A stretch of DNA of 63,017 nucleotides, counting the filler, from Octopus bimaculoides (taxonomy: Eukaryota), in the NCBI RefSeq assembly GCF_001194135.2. It is 5 parts of 5 records of this genome, joined end to end, with 100 filler letters (N's around TTAATTAATTAA, not from the genome) between each part and the next. Parts side by side here need not be neighbours in the genome. Positions count along the whole stretch, not along the records: positions 59,630 to 63,017 come from NC_068983.1; 4 more parts are not named here. One strand, 5' to 3'. The first letter of the stretch is position 1, and the number at the start of each line of letters is the position of its first letter. This document shows positions 60,587 through 63,017 of the stretch, one piece after another. Below the pieces are notes generated by a model, which saw only the letters and a list, made by a program, of their open reading frames with translations, was not told where the DNA came from and did not search any database. The position numbers were made by a program, and so were the translations under genes.

Positions 60587-60800
60587 CTATAAGATGAGCA
60601 CAAATAGCTCGAAACCAGGCGGTCTGGTGGCCCCGTCGTCCCAAGAAGATGGTGGGGATTCGTTCCTCTGCTTGCAATATATATTGGGTGCAGGTTGCAT
60701 CGATAACCAATTGGAGAAGATGTCATCCTGGGGTTAAAAACGGTAGTAACGTTGGTTCCTACAGAACAGTCAAATTGAAGTGGCGATAAATACTACTTTT
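60587..60800 (+). mobile_element. Second copy of the hammerhead-bearing element (core mutated)
   Basis: ctataagaT-GAGC-acaaata-GCTC-GAAA-C-caggcg-GTC-TGGTGG then gcttgcaatatatattgggtgcag, homologous to 14514-14727. Confidence 0.75.
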
Positions 60801-61604
60801 CAGTATAGCTATTACTTTCATCTCTTATAGAGATTTTCTAACTTGCTACTTTGCTTGTTTAAATTTTGTAGATATTCCAGCGATGATGTTAAATATTTAC
60901 CAAAAGAAGAAAAAAAAAAAAAAGAATTAGCATTTTCTATAAGTCGCGTTGCCTCAATAAACGTGACATGTCTCAAGAGAAAATAGTTTCAAACATGACA
61001 TTACCCAACAAAAGATAGACTGGTATGCAAAACTGCTCTCTGCAGTTAAGGATGATAAAATTTTGAGTGGATATAACTGCTTTACGCCGTAAAAAGGATA
61101 AAGAAGACCATACGCTGTATAACACATATTTTCCGTCCAAATGGAGACCAACACATCTCTTCACTTCGTTATCGTGTCGATGTTTCATATATAACTTGTT
61201 GGTACTTGTCAGNNNNNNNNNNNNNNNNNNNNNNNNNNNNNNNNNNNNNNNNNNNNNNNNNNNNNNNNNNNNNNNNNNNNNNNNNNNNNNNNNNNNNNNN
61301 NNNNNNNNNNNNNNNNNNNNNNNNNNNNNNNNNNNNNNNNNNNNNNNNNNNNNNNNNNNNNNNNNNNNNNNNNNNNNNNNNNNNNNNNNNNNNNNNNNNN
61401 NNNNNNNNNNNNNNNNNNNNNNNNNNNNNNNNNNNNNNNNNNNNNNNNNNNNNNNNNNNNNNNNNNNNNNNNNNNNNNNNNNNNNNNNNNNNNNNNNNNN
61501 NNNNNNNNNNNNNNNNNNNNNNNNNNNNNNNNNNNNNNNNNNNAAAAAAAACAAAGAACGAAAAAAGGAAAAAAAAGTAAATGAAAGATACAAATTCAGA
61601 CAGA

Positions 61605-61714
<110 letters not shown>

Positions 61715-62504
61715 GAGGACAGAATATGGGAGGCCGAAAGAATAAAACATGTCTAAATGAGAGATGAGGAGGAGTGTGCAAGAAATAAGAGAACAACGAT
61801 AAATAGAAGAAAATAGCTTAAAGCTGGATATATACTGGTCAATGATGGTGACATTTACAGCTGTCGATAGCAGTGTTTCAGTGTGAAAACTAATCGCAGA
61901 TATAATGAAAAATCGGACAATAAGTGGAGTCAGCTGTGCTGTACTTATTAAAAACTAAAGAATAGTTAGTGTCTCTGGAATGGCCCTGCAACTGCCTTTT
62001 ATTGTGTAGACGTTATAGTATAGCGTGTTAACTATATCCAGATTTCAGCGGCTATTTAAATGGAGATTATCTTGCTGGTGCTTTTATTCCGTCCCCTTTG
62101 CTGTTTTAATCTCGTGATGACAACATCATAAATGTCACAAACTTTCTCCCAATCCTTTCTAGTTCAACAAAATGGAGAAAGAGATTTCGTAGCAGGTTTC
62201 TGAAATTGTGTGACTTGACTTCACACGCTGAGATCGAGAGAAATATATTTTAAAGAAAGAAAGCGGAAAGAAAAAGAAAAAAAGATTTAATGATTGAATT
62301 ATTCCATAAAGATGGCGGTTATATTACGTTGGAAGATATGCAACTGAAGAAAAGTTGATTAGATAGATAATATATTTCACCAAAAAGAAAAGAGGAATAC
62401 GTGTTACTGCTGTCGATCTACAGGTAGAACGAATTTCAGTGGAATATTTGATGCGGTGGAATTTTTCACACAGTAGAAAGATACTTTCACTATAGCAGAG
62501 AAAG

Positions 62505-62826
62505 CCTGATGTGTATGTATGTATGAATGTGTGTGTGTATGTATATATATGTGTGTGTGTGTGTATGTGTGTATATGTATATATATGTACATATATATGT
62601 ATGTGTATATATATATATAAAGATTTACTTTTCGTAATAAGATAAAAAAAACCAAGGGTGTGTAGATTTTAGAACAATTATAAATAGGTCTTACAGCTAT
62701 ATATATATATATATATATATATATACTTTTATAAAACAAAATTTTACAAAATATATAGTATCTGTTAACAGTCTTAGCAAAAAGCTCACAGGTGAGTTTT
62801 TGTATATATATATATATATATATATG
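62505..62826. repeat. (AT)n/(GT)n microsatellite cluster
   Basis: Direct inspection; three separate runs. Confidence 0.85.
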
Positions 62827-63017
62827 TTTCTTAAGATAGAGCTCAAAATCGATGCATTGAAGATACTTTATTGCAGCAACAATTATAATAACAGAAACAA
62901 CCACAATAAGCCAAACCTATGCACATTTCAATAGGGTATCCAGGATAAATAAACCACATCATAAGATGTCTCGTAAAATATTGTAACATATTACATGTTG
63001 CTGGATACTCCATCTCT

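Overview
Eukaryotic (animal) genomic DNA: AT-rich, microsatellite-dense, draft assembly with about 16 N-gaps. The repeat families resemble those I recall from Octopus/coleoid cephalopods, but that assignment is an inference. Genes: (1) an intact single-exon class A GPCR on the minus strand (6472-7515) that lacks several canonical class A residues; (2) a plus-strand coding exon missed by the ORF track (45507-45667) encoding the second zinc finger of a CRIP/RASSF-type LIM domain, whose other exons I could not locate; (3) a few low-confidence exon candidates. Mobile DNA: a full-length dead mariner with TIRs and TA TSD; TTAA-flanked piggyBac-like MITEs; RTE LINE remnants, including a TSD-flanked bipartite mini-RTE; two Penelope-like fragments (a degenerate RT and a Naiad-type GIY-YIG endonuclease); three different minimal hammerhead-ribozyme-like motifs, one sitting in the loop of a 350-bp inverted repeat with a second family copy at 60.6 kb; a candidate Helitron 3' end; and dozens of SINE copies from about six families. 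A CpG-poor domain at about 11-55 kb suggests methylated gene bodies. No CRISPR, rRNA or true tRNA genes are supported. Most ORFs in the track are microsatellite, SINE or N-gap artefacts. I see no clearly new biological system; the best leads are the hammerhead hairpin element, the atypical GPCR and the hidden LIM gene. Boundaries of repeat copies are approximate unless a TSD or TIR is quoted.
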